DNA of 62,551 nucleotides from Promethearchaeota archaeon. Its GTDB lineage: Archaea; Asgardarchaeota; Lokiarchaeia; Sigyniarchaeales; SOKP01. Position numbers and translations under genes: made by a program. A model generated the notes under the pieces. It made no database searches and was not told where the DNA came from. It was given only the letters and a program-made list of their open reading frames with translations. Below, in pieces: positions 38,312 to 47,475 of the stretch (within the stretch, counting starts at the first letter, position 1; each line of letters begins with the position of its first letter). The stretch lies in assembly GCA_018238625.1 (NCBI GenBank), contig JABCSY010000010.1, positions 1 to 62,551 of the forward strand, given 5' to 3'.

Positions 38312-40003
38312 ATGTTGAAAAATATGAGTGAAATTCTACAATTTATCTATAAAGAAGAGTTTTGGTTCATTAGTGCGTTTATAAATACTACTAAAATTAA
38401 TACTGAATTAAAAAGTAAAGAAATTGAGAATCTTATTAAAAACAAATTCCAAAACTTAAAGGACGAGGATATATATCGCAAAGATCTTAAAAAGGATATC
38501 TTGGAACTAGTAAAGCATATTTCGATTACTTGTAATTGGGTCATGTGCTTATCTAATTTTCCCTATAAGGACGAAAATTCTGAAAGAGAGTATAATACAT
38601 TAGGATATTTCCAATTTGAAGTAGAATATTATAAAGATAATCCTTCTAAAAAAGAATCTGTAAGACCAATGCTAATTCAGCAAGTACCTTTTATTCTTTT
38701 AAAAGTCTTAAAAGAATTTACTAATAAAGCTGAGAACACGGGACTTCATTTTGATACAGAAAGCCCTATTTATATCTTTGTTACTTCCAATAAAACTGAA
38801 CCCAGCGATATAATTTGGAACCCTGAAAATATTGAGAAACATAAGAAGGTAATAGGGTATTGGACAGAGATATATTCGGGGCAGTGGGAAGATTATTCGG
38901 ATACTTTATTTAATAAACGAATCCAAAATAATTTATCTAACAGGCTCTCAGAGCTACATTTTATACGAAGGAACTCTGGATTTGTTTATATGGCTGAAGA
39001 AAATTACGAAAAATTCTTTGAATCCTATATGAAAGAATTTGTACTTGCTCCTATTCCAAAAATGAGAGCAATATTATTTTCGCTACGCTCGATAAATGAA
39101 TCGCTAGATATATTGTTTTTGAAAACACAAACGCAAGCATTTCAAGATATAAGCACAATAGCGAAAAAGATTAGGTTATTAAGAACACAGAGGGGTATGA
39201 TTCAAACGACTTTAAGCGCAATATATAACGAATTAGATTACAATAGAAGACAACACTATACCAGCGTGCTGAAACATCTGCTAAATGAATTCGAAGTAAC
39301 TAATATTGTTAATCGCATAAATGTAAAATTTAATTCAATATACGATGTAATGGAAGATTCACATCGTAAAAAAAGCGAGGAAAATCAAGAAAGAGCTGAG
39401 AAAGGTCTTAATCTATTAAACCTACTTTTTGGGGCGGGAATTTTAGCTGACCTAGCCGGTGTCGTAATGATATGGTTAAATCTACAAGAAGGGACTCTTA
39501 GCATTTCCGTGTTAAATGGGTCTATTGCTGTGATTATAACAGGGATATTACTTGCTACAATTGGCTATTATTTGTATATAAGATTACAAACAGAAAAATC
39601 AGAAGTTGGGAAAACTGTTGATGCTGTAATAGAAGATCGAGAAGGAAATGTTATCCTAATTAAGAGAAAGTATCCACCGTTCAAGAATTTTTATGCACTC
39701 CCTGGGGGATTTATAGAAAAAGGAGAAAAACCAATTGATGCCTTGGTAAGGGAAGTTAAGGAAGAGACTAATCTAAAAGTAGAAGTTAAGTCTAAAATTG
39801 GTATTTATACTGAAAAAGGAAGGGATCCAAGAGGAAACATTCATTCAATAGCTTATAAATGTACTATTCTTGAAGATATCTCCGAATTGAGAAGTGGAGA
39901 CGACTCTAAAAAAGTTGAGATAATACCCAAAGAAAAATTGAAAGATATCGATTTAGCTTTCGATCATAAAAAAATTCTTGAAGATGCAAATTTTTTCAAA
40001 TAA
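38312..40003 (+). CDS. Large N-terminal domain + 2 TM + Nudix hydrolase (ADP-ribose pyrophosphatase-like)
   Basis: Nudix box GGFIEKGEKPIDALVREVKEETNL, RDPRG, GDD, LAFDH; two TM helices preceded by long helices. Confidence 0.8.
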   Translation: MLKNMSEILQFIYKEEFWFISAFINTTKINTELKSKEIENLIKNKFQNLKDEDIYRKDLKKDILELVKHISITCNWVMCLSNFPYKDENSEREYNTLGYFQFEVEYYKDNPSKKESVRPMLIQQVPFILLKVLKEFTNKAENTGLHFDTESPIYIFVTSNKTEPSDIIWNPENIEKHKKVIGYWTEIYSGQWEDYSDTLFNKRIQNNLSNRLSELHFIRRNSGFVYMAEENYEKFFESYMKEFVLAPIPKMRAILFSLRSINESLDILFLKTQTQAFQDISTIAKKIRLLRTQRGMIQTTLSAIYNELDYNRRQHYTSVLKHLLNEFEVTNIVNRINVKFNSIYDVMEDSHRKKSEENQERAEKGLNLLNLLFGAGILADLAGVVMIWLNLQEGTLSISVLNGSIAVIITGILLATIGYYLYIRLQTEKSEVGKTVDAVIEDREGNVILIKRKYPPFKNFYALPGGFIEKGEKPIDALVREVKEETNLKVEVKSKIGIYTEKGRDPRGNIHSIAYKCTILEDISELRSGDDSKKVEIIPKEKLKDIDLAFDHKKILEDANFFK

Positions 40004-40093
40004 ATTATTATTTTTTTATTTTTAATTACAATAAGCTTATTATTATCGCTTTAATTCTACATTTTCAAAAAGCAATATTATTGTGAAGAGATA

Positions 40094-40627
40094 ATGCCAT
40101 TAATTATACCAAGCCCTGGAACGGGAATAGTACCCCAAATTCACGAATCAGTATTCATAGCACCAACTGCAGTCATTATTGGAGATGTTACGATTGGTGA
40201 AGGCAGTAATATCTGGTTTGGAGCGGTCCTCCGCGGAGATTGGGGTACAATTATTATTGGAAAAAACACAAGTATTCAAGAAAATGTTACTATTCACAAC
40301 GAAGTAGAATCCATTGTAGAAATCGGCGATAATTGTATAATTGGCCATCACGCTATGGTGCATGGACCTTGCACAATTGGGAACGGTTGTTTGGTTGGAA
40401 TAGGCTCTAATGTGCTACATCGATCTAAAATGGGGGACGGCTCGATCGTAGGCGCGGGAGCTGTTTTAATTGGTAAGGAAATCCCCCCAAGAACCTTAGC
40501 TGTTGGAGTTCCCGCAAAAATTAAGAAACAGCTAAAACAAACTGGCAAAATGGAAGGGGTAAAAGCTGCTGGCGTCTATGTCGAGAATGGTAAATTGTTT
40601 AAAGAATTTTTTAAAAAGAATTCTTAA
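40094..40627 (+). CDS. Gamma-carbonic anhydrase family (YrdA/CaiE-like) protein
   Basis: Hexapeptide repeats; IWFGAVLRGD, IQENVTIH, GHHAMVHG, GVPAK. Confidence 0.92.
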   Translation: MPLIIPSPGTGIVPQIHESVFIAPTAVIIGDVTIGEGSNIWFGAVLRGDWGTIIIGKNTSIQENVTIHNEVESIVEIGDNCIIGHHAMVHGPCTIGNGCLVGIGSNVLHRSKMGDGSIVGAGAVLIGKEIPPRTLAVGVPAKIKKQLKQTGKMEGVKAAGVYVENGKLFKEFFKKNS

Positions 40628-40829
40628 TAAATTAAACTCTAAAACTTTTTCTTTTTACTAAATTCCTTTAGATTATTTTTCTTTTGGTGTCTAATCCTAC
40701 CTTGATATTATATTATTTTAATATTCTTTAGAATTAAAAATAGACTAGCTCTATAAAATATTTATATACTTAAAAGAACTAAGATTAAATATAGAAATCT
40801 TTAAACAAAAAAAAATGAGTATGATTTAA

Positions 40830-41351
40830 ATGAACTTTTTAAAAACTTTTTTAATTTCTCTAGCAATTTATTTGGGATTGAATACAGTCTTTACGCTAGT
40901 TGCGGTGTTTACAGTCGTTGGTTTCCCTACAACTGATATTATTTTAATTATAACAATGATTTTTGCGCCAATCTTTACATTCCCTGGAGCTGCTTGGTCC
41001 ACTGAAGGGATCATACCACTATTAACGTCTACTGACTTTCTCACAGATTTTATGCTATTTCTAGGTTTAGTAATCCCTCCATTAGTTACAGTAATCGTTG
41101 CTTCATTCTTAGGGGATAATAACAAAACAGTTTTTGGAGCTTGGCTCTTAACTGCCTTAATAACCTGTGTTGTATATTCTATACTTCTAGGGATAGGTCA
41201 ATTGTCGTCTGCTTATCTAGCGATTGATTGGTTTGGTAAAGTAGCGTCTTACGGCGAATTAGGTACGATTTTGGTTGTTTTTACAGCTGGAATTGCTAAT
41301 GGTTTGTTCTACGGTTGTGTAGCCTACATAATCACTAAAGAAGGTCTTTAG
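40830..41351 (+). CDS. Hypothetical polytopic membrane protein
   Basis: About 5 hydrophobic helices. Confidence 0.75.
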   Translation: MNFLKTFLISLAIYLGLNTVFTLVAVFTVVGFPTTDIILIITMIFAPIFTFPGAAWSTEGIIPLLTSTDFLTDFMLFLGLVIPPLVTVIVASFLGDNNKTVFGAWLLTALITCVVYSILLGIGQLSSAYLAIDWFGKVASYGELGTILVVFTAGIANGLFYGCVAYIITKEGL

Positions 41352-41402
41352 ACTTATATTAAAAATTAAAATCTATTTTTTTCTCTTTTTATTTTTTTGA
41401 AC

Positions 41403-42146
41403 CTATTTTGAGCACATACAATTTTCGCTTTTGACGATATCTATTGTGTTAAACATTAAATCTAAAAGATTAACTATAAGGAGCTTATTTTCTAAATTAG
41501 GTAGCCCTAAAGTAGTTTTAATTACCTCCAAAGCCTCTAAAGTGCCTAGAATACCAGGTGTAACGCCAATCACCGGTAAAGGTCCTTCTGAAGGATCAAG
41601 AGTCTCCGGTTGATTGAAAACGCATTCGTAACAAGCAGTTTTTTTAGGGTTTATCGTAATTATTTGCCCGAAAAAATCTTTAATTCCGGCAATTACGGCT
41701 TTAATGCCATAATTCACCGCTACTTCGTTTACAAGAAATTTAGTTTTAAAATTATCGGAGCAATCAACGATAAAATCTTTGTCTTTAACATACTTTTTAA
41801 TAGAATTTTCATCTACATAATCGTTAAATACTTTTATTTCTACTTCAGAATTAAGATTAGATAACATCTCTTTTGCAGCATGCACTTTTCCCTTTCCAAC
41901 TTGAGCTTCGTTGTAAAGTATTTGTCGTTGAAGATTGGAAATTGATAAAATGTCGTTGTCAATGATAGTTAATTCTTTTATTCCAGCAGCAACAATATAA
42001 AGAGCAAAAGGAGAACCTAAACCTCCCGCACCGATTTGCAATACTCTAACTTTCGATAATTTTTCTTGTCCAGCCTCTCCAATAGAAGGGGATAATATCT
42101 GCCTTGAATATCTCTTTTTTTGACTTTCAGTAAGAATTTTTTTCAC
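41403..42146 (-). CDS. ThiF/MoeB (E1-like) adenylyltransferase
   Basis: RYSRQI, IGAGGLGS, DND...SNLQRQ, VDCSDN, ACYECVF; the MoeB/E1 crossover-loop Cys is not evident. Confidence 0.9.
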   Translation of the reverse strand: MKKILTESQKKRYSRQILSPSIGEAGQEKLSKVRVLQIGAGGLGSPFALYIVAAGIKELTIIDNDILSISNLQRQILYNEAQVGKGKVHAAKEMLSNLNSEVEIKVFNDYVDENSIKKYVKDKDFIVDCSDNFKTKFLVNEVAVNYGIKAVIAGIKDFFGQIITINPKKTACYECVFNQPETLDPSEGPLPVIGVTPGILGTLEALEVIKTTLGLPNLENKLLIVNLLDLMFNTIDIVKSENCMCSK

Positions 42147-42520
42147 ACCTCTACCTCTACTATATCTTTAATAATTTTAACACATTCCTCAACTTCAATA
42201 AGTAGTAACCCTAAGTCAACGTCTAATTCAAGTACTGCTGCAAAAATTATTTCCGTACTAATTATAAAAACAATTAATTGATAATCGTTAAATTCTACCG
42301 TTAAATTAACGATTTTATCTTGTAGCGTAGTTATCGCTGCTTCCATGGCTCCAAACATGGTTGCAGCCATCGCACCAAATTTGCGCTCTTCAACATATCT
42401 AGGCAACCTGGAGATAATTGTTAAACCGTTTCTATTTACTATAGCAGTACCGATTATTCCGTTTACTAATTCCAATTTATCCAGTTCCTTATTGACGCTT
42501 TCAGTTTTTAACGATTCCAT
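42143..42520 (-). CDS. Roadblock/LC7 domain protein
   Basis: GIIGTAIVNRNGLTI, FGAMAATMFG, DLGLLLIE; stop overlaps the next start (GTGA). Confidence 0.88.
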   Translation of the reverse strand: MESLKTESVNKELDKLELVNGIIGTAIVNRNGLTIISRLPRYVEERKFGAMAATMFGAMEAAITTLQDKIVNLTVEFNDYQLIVFIISTEIIFAAVLELDVDLGLLLIEVEECVKIIKDIVEVEV

Positions 42521-42893
42521 CTTTTCATTGAGAATGTATATTTTTTAATTCTCTTCATTTTTAATTCTAATAAATTAAAAAAAAACTTAAATGACAAATT
42601 ACACTCACCCGACAAAAATAGACTCGGGCGGAGCTTAAAAGAGTTATATTTATCTTCGTATTTAACTTCTTATATTTAATAATGGACAATTAAAACGCTT
42701 TAGAGCCGATTTTATCTTTGTTATAATCCCTTTGATAGTTTTTATCGCTATTTGTAGCGATGTAGAATTCTTCCTATTTATTTCTGAACTTATAAATTTC
42801 TTTGACAGAATAGGGTAAAATTGAAACATAATAAATAAATAATTAAGCAGATGTATAATTTAATTACAAAATTAAACTTATCAGAAGATTAAG

Positions 42894-43985
42894 ATGCGAA
42901 GATTAGTATTTTCTGTAATTTTTGTTCTAGTTATTTCGAGTGCTATCTTGCCAATATTTCCACTCCTTATCTCAACTACTATTAACTCCGATGAAAATCA
43001 GGGTGAGATCGGCAAATTAAATACATCTGCGCTAACAGAGATAAATACCACAATTATAATTAACGATCTTCCCGGTAGCCTTACAAATTGAACATGGGCA
43101 AAAGATCAAGGTTATTGTACGGGTTTAGGCACTCAATCTAATCCATATATAATATCTGATCTATTCTTTAACACAACCTCAATGTATTGGAATTGTTTAA
43201 CAATTAGTCACTCAAGAAAACATTTCATTGTTAGAGATTGCAAATTTAAAGGTTCGGAACAACATGCTGGAATCCAATTAGACAACACTACAAATGGAGT
43301 CATTACTGAAAACTTTATTCATCCGCTTACTGGCGCATTAGTATGGCTTTTTAATGCAAGTTATAATATCGTCCGAAATAATAACGCTTCAGGAGGTTAT
43401 CATTACGGAGTTCTAATTGACGGTACTAGTGGGACTACTAAAATGAATGTAGTATCGGATAATTTGATCACCGATAATATTGTTGCGGGTGTAGAACTTA
43501 GAGGTGGGCTTCTTAATACGGTCTCTAATAATCATATGTTCAACAATACGATAGGGGTCAAAATTACTGCTTTTACATCTAATAGTACGATAAGAGGTAA
43601 TCACATTGGAAATAGTTCTTCCGTAGGACTACTTATCGAAGTCATGAGTCACTATCATGAGATCTTTGAAAATTGCTTTTTCACTAACAATTTGCACGCA
43701 AATGATAATGGAGTAGATAATTCATGGGATAATGGCGTGAAAGGAAATTATTGGGATAATTACACGGGGCTTGACGCAAATAATGATGGAATAGGGGATA
43801 TCCCTTATAATATAACCGGAGCTGGTGATAGTCGAGATAACTTTCCCCTCATGAGTTGTCCAGTTCCTCCTTCAACTCCCGGAATCCCGGGATATGATAT
43901 ATTTCTCGTTTTATTTGCTGGTGTGGCTTCTATTATCGGAATACTTTATATTACCAATAAGAGAAGAGAGAAAATCAAAAACTAA
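42894..43985 (+). pseudogene. Secreted parallel beta-helix (NosD-like) protein with IPGY-type C-terminal anchor, interrupted by in-frame TGA at 43089-43091
   Basis: The two ORFs 42894-43091 and 43182-43985 share one frame; read-through gives N*TWAKDQGYCTGLGTQSNPYII; GNYWDNY.G.D...DGIGD.PY; IPGYD + TM + basic tail. Confidence 0.8.
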
Positions 43986-44189
43986 CATGGAGTAAATTAA
44001 ACTCCTCTTTTTATTTTTTACAGGCAATAATAATAATGATTTAGTAGGATTCCTCCTTTTTATTGCTAGACATTATACCTATTTTTCCTTTTTAACTCAT
44101 TTGTTTAATTAGTCCATTATATTTAATAACGAAAAGACTGAATATATATTCAAGTCAAAAGAAATTATAACCTAGATGTGATTTAAAAC

Positions 44190-45662
44190 GTGGATTTAAA
44201 GAAAATTAACGTAATTTGGTTTGTATTTTATCTTCTAAATTCCATTTTATTGATAATTTGGGGGACTTTGATTTTCTGGTTGATAAAAAGCCACATCATA
44301 TGGAATCCCTTAATGTTTTTATTAATTTTTATACCAATTCTTTTTCTAATAATAATTCCGCTATATTTTTTTATTAAATCTACCGTTAAATTAGCAAAGA
44401 ACTTTAAAATACGAGAGAGGCTTACAATTTCGAAGAAATATCTGATAACCTCTTTCTTTATAGCATTCCTCGTTTGGTCTCTTTCTATATTGGTATTCGT
44501 TTTGTACTTTTTTCCAAATGCACAATTATACAATTACGACGATGGACCTTACTTGTTGTGGAACGACGATCCAAAAACAACGATGACAATTGTCTGGCAT
44601 ACAAAAAATCCTATCGAATCAGTATTAGAATTTGGCGAATCTATTGGCGATATGGAAACATTTCGAATATCTGCCTTAGAAAAAAGACATGTAGCAAAAC
44701 TTAGGAATCTAAAAGCTGGAACATTGTACTATTATAAAATAACCGATTTTTCAGCCGTTATTTACAATTTTACCACCGCTCCTTCTGCAATAACTCCTTT
44801 TAATTTTACTGTAATAAGCGACACGCATGCGGGTTTAGACCCAAGCGAATATGGGGCTGTTATCGACGCAATGACGCCGTATCAATACGATTTTATTGTT
44901 CATGCTGGAGATCTTGGTCCTTTCGTGGGGGAAGAATTAGACGGATGGCATGTATTTTTTAATCACATGGAAAGACACGCTTCCACTAGCCCTTATATGG
45001 TTGCTATTGGAAACCATGAATACGGTGTTGATATATTTGCTCGGAATTTCAAATATTTCTTTCCATATAACTATGTTGAGGATTGGGGTCATTACTACAG
45101 TTTTGACTATTCGAACGCTCACTTTGTCATGATTGATGTTTTTCAAAATCAACTAGATTGGGGTGGTTTTCTATTAGAAGCTCAAGAAGCGTGGCTCAGG
45201 CAAGATTTAGCGCTAAATAAAGACAAATGGCTTTTCGTTGTTCTTCACGCACCACCTTATAGTACTGGAGACTTTAACATGCATCATAAGTTAGCTTCCC
45301 AATTAGCCCCAATTTTTTACGAAAATCAAGTAGATGTAGTATTATCGGGTCACGACCATCATTACGAAGCTTTTTGGACTAATCGCACTGAAAGCTGGGG
45401 AGGTACGTATTTTTTTGTAACTGGTGGCGGTGGAGGAGACCTCGACGATTTTATTATGTATCGAGATCGGGATCCCTGGAAAAACTTGTGGCATAATGCA
45501 TCCATTGAAGCTTACCAAAACGATTATATTACTCGCAATTATCAGATTTACGGAGAATTAACTCATCATTTTATGCATTTTGAATTAAACGGAAATAATT
45601 TACACATTAAAGCAATAAGAGATAACGGTAGCTTAATTCAAGAATTCTTTATTACAAAATAA
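44190..45662 (+). CDS. Membrane-anchored purple acid phosphatase-like metallophosphoesterase
   Basis: 3 N-terminal TM; Fn3-like domain; SDTH, HAGDL, IGNHE, LHAPPYS, GHDHHYE. Confidence 0.9.
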   Translation: MDLKKINVIWFVFYLLNSILLIIWGTLIFWLIKSHIIWNPLMFLLIFIPILFLIIIPLYFFIKSTVKLAKNFKIRERLTISKKYLITSFFIAFLVWSLSILVFVLYFFPNAQLYNYDDGPYLLWNDDPKTTMTIVWHTKNPIESVLEFGESIGDMETFRISALEKRHVAKLRNLKAGTLYYYKITDFSAVIYNFTTAPSAITPFNFTVISDTHAGLDPSEYGAVIDAMTPYQYDFIVHAGDLGPFVGEELDGWHVFFNHMERHASTSPYMVAIGNHEYGVDIFARNFKYFFPYNYVEDWGHYYSFDYSNAHFVMIDVFQNQLDWGGFLLEAQEAWLRQDLALNKDKWLFVVLHAPPYSTGDFNMHHKLASQLAPIFYENQVDVVLSGHDHHYEAFWTNRTESWGGTYFFVTGGGGGDLDDFIMYRDRDPWKNLWHNASIEAYQNDYITRNYQIYGELTHHFMHFELNGNNLHIKAIRDNGSLIQEFFITK

Positions 45663-45727
45663 AATTTTAAAAACTAACTACAAGTTCTTTAAAAAAAGAA
45701 GACTAACGCACAAAACTAAAAGGTATT

Positions 45728-45928
45728 TTAAGCGTAGAAGCCTTTATTTTTGTTAAAAGCTCTATGTCTGTTTCTCCAAGCTGGTTGTCTCAACTTAGCA
45801 GTTCTTCCAAACCCGCAAGAAGCACAAAACTTTTTTCTTCTGTGGTAACTATGTTTTCCGCATCTTCTACAAGTTTTATGACTTGCTGCTTTATTTTTTT
45901 TACCCTTACTTGGAGTTCCTTTACCCAT
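45728..45928 (-). CDS. rpl37e: 50S ribosomal protein L37e
   Basis: MGKGTPS.GK.N...H..CRRCG..SYH.....CASCGFG. Confidence 0.96.
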   Translation of the reverse strand: MGKGTPSKGKKNKAASHKTCRRCGKHSYHRRKKFCASCGFGRTAKLRQPAWRNRHRAFNKNKGFYA

Positions 45929-45948
45929 TATTTCAACCTCTTCTCTTT

Positions 45949-46290
45949 TTAGATGCCATCTGATTCCTTTCTATGCATTAATTTATCGTGTGTATCTTCA
46001 GCAACTTCATCCTTAGGATCAGTATCATTTTCAGAAAAAACTAATTTCTTTCTATCTTGCCCAATGAAAATTATAGAAGCCCCTCTAATCATAACGGTCC
46101 CAAGACTCTTGCTTCTTTTTCCACCCCGACCAAAATATATTTCTTTGGCGTCCTCTACGATCAAATTCATGTAGCCATCAAATCGAACGAGCTTGCCCGT
46201 CAAATAGGTGTTCCAAATCTTTAATTTGATTCTAACTTTGTCCTTTAAAATTGCCTTGCTCAATGTCCGTGAGACTGTTTGTTGCGACAT
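45949..46290 (-). CDS. Sm-like (LSm/SmAP) protein with extended C-tail
   Basis: Sm1 GKLVRFDGYMNLIVEDA; Sm2 LGTVMIRGASI; conserved position upstream of rpl37e. Confidence 0.88.
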   Translation of the reverse strand: MSQQTVSRTLSKAILKDKVRIKLKIWNTYLTGKLVRFDGYMNLIVEDAKEIYFGRGGKRSKSLGTVMIRGASIIFIGQDRKKLVFSENDTDPKDEVAEDTHDKLMHRKESDGI

Positions 46291-46421
46291 TTGAAAAACT
46301 CTTTAATTTCTTATAGAATATTCTATAAAATGTAGTTAAAATATAAATATTTTTTTATTCTAAAAGATTTAATTTCGCATTACTATTTAGATTTGTAATC
46401 AATTTCGTATGGAAGCAAACT

Positions 46422-47459
46422 ATGAAAAAAATTGGTATTTTTGATTCAGGTGTTGAGACCCCCGAAGAAATAATTCTTGCAGCTGGATTTGTCTCACATA
46501 GGCTTTTTGGCGATCCAAATATCGAACCAGATAAAGCCAATGAACATATCCCGCCCACTCATTGCGTTTGGACTCGAAACCTCCTAGAACAAGCAATTAG
46601 AGGCCTTGATAAAGACATTGTAGGGATAATTGCAACTCATGGTTGCGATCGAACCAATCGGGAATTTGATATATGGCTAAAGTGCATTAACCTTGATTTC
46701 ATGTTTTTTTTGAATTCTCCCTTCAAACGCAACAAGATATCTTTAAGATTCTTTATAGACGATATGAAAGAATTAATATCTCAATTAGAAAATAGTTTTA
46801 GCGTTAAAGTGTCTTCTGAAAAAATCAAAGAAGCAATTAAATTGATGAACAAAGTTAGATCCTTGTTAATGGAAATTTCCGAATTTCGAAGTAAAATGGT
46901 ACTGAAAGGAGCAGAATTTCACGCACTCGTCAAAGAAGTCCAACAAATAGATAAGAACGAGGCAGTAAAACTACTTGAAGCTAAGTTGGAAGAACTAAAA
47001 ATCAAGAAATCCACAATAAATAAAAAATATAAAAGAATTCTGTTAACAGGTTCAGATTTAGACGATACGGAATTCATTGAGTACATAGAAAATCTCGGTT
47101 TTCAAATAGTTATCGATGATTTAGGTATAGGTACAAAATATTTTTGGAATAAAGTTGACGAGAATAAGGAGCCCATCGAAGCCTTAGCCGAATATCATTT
47201 AGAAAAACCGATTCATTCGACCAAGTTTCCATCTTACGAGAGGTATGACGTCATTAAAAAATTGGCAGAAAGTTATAAGGTGGATGGAATTATAAACGTT
47301 GCTCATAAATTTTGCGAACCCGTTTTATACGACCATCCTTATTTAAGCAACAAATTTAAAGAATTAGCTATACCATATCTTTTTATTGAAACAGAATATA
47401 ACAGAGAGTCTTATAAGCAGTTAGCAACAAGATTCGAAGCGTTTGGAGAGATTATTTAA
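46422..47459 (+). CDS. 2-hydroxyacyl-CoA dehydratase family subunit (HgdB/BcrC-like)
   Basis: PEEIILAAG, HGCD, RILLTGS, VDGII....KFCEP, LATRFEAFGE. Confidence 0.88.
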   Translation: MKKIGIFDSGVETPEEIILAAGFVSHRLFGDPNIEPDKANEHIPPTHCVWTRNLLEQAIRGLDKDIVGIIATHGCDRTNREFDIWLKCINLDFMFFLNSPFKRNKISLRFFIDDMKELISQLENSFSVKVSSEKIKEAIKLMNKVRSLLMEISEFRSKMVLKGAEFHALVKEVQQIDKNEAVKLLEAKLEELKIKKSTINKKYKRILLTGSDLDDTEFIEYIENLGFQIVIDDLGIGTKYFWNKVDENKEPIEALAEYHLEKPIHSTKFPSYERYDVIKKLAESYKVDGIINVAHKFCEPVLYDHPYLSNKFKELAIPYLFIETEYNRESYKQLATRFEAFGEII

Positions 47460-47475
47460 AGGAGGAATTGAAAAA

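Noticed and set aside
43089-43091. Genome-wide UGA=Trp recoding
   Set aside because: Several genes in the window end properly at TGA (24141, 48735, 50580, 57002), and Trp is encoded by TGG elsewhere.
44030-44080. Hairpin starting AUGA after the TGA-interrupted beta-helix gene, considered as a SECIS
   Set aside because: It pairs as an ordinary stem, has no apical A-run, and the helix does not form in the G.A core register; the TGA also sits at a Trp-like position.
47443-47475. TTG-start extension of the second dehydratase subunit
   Set aside because: It overlaps the upstream gene; GGAGG precedes ATG 47476.
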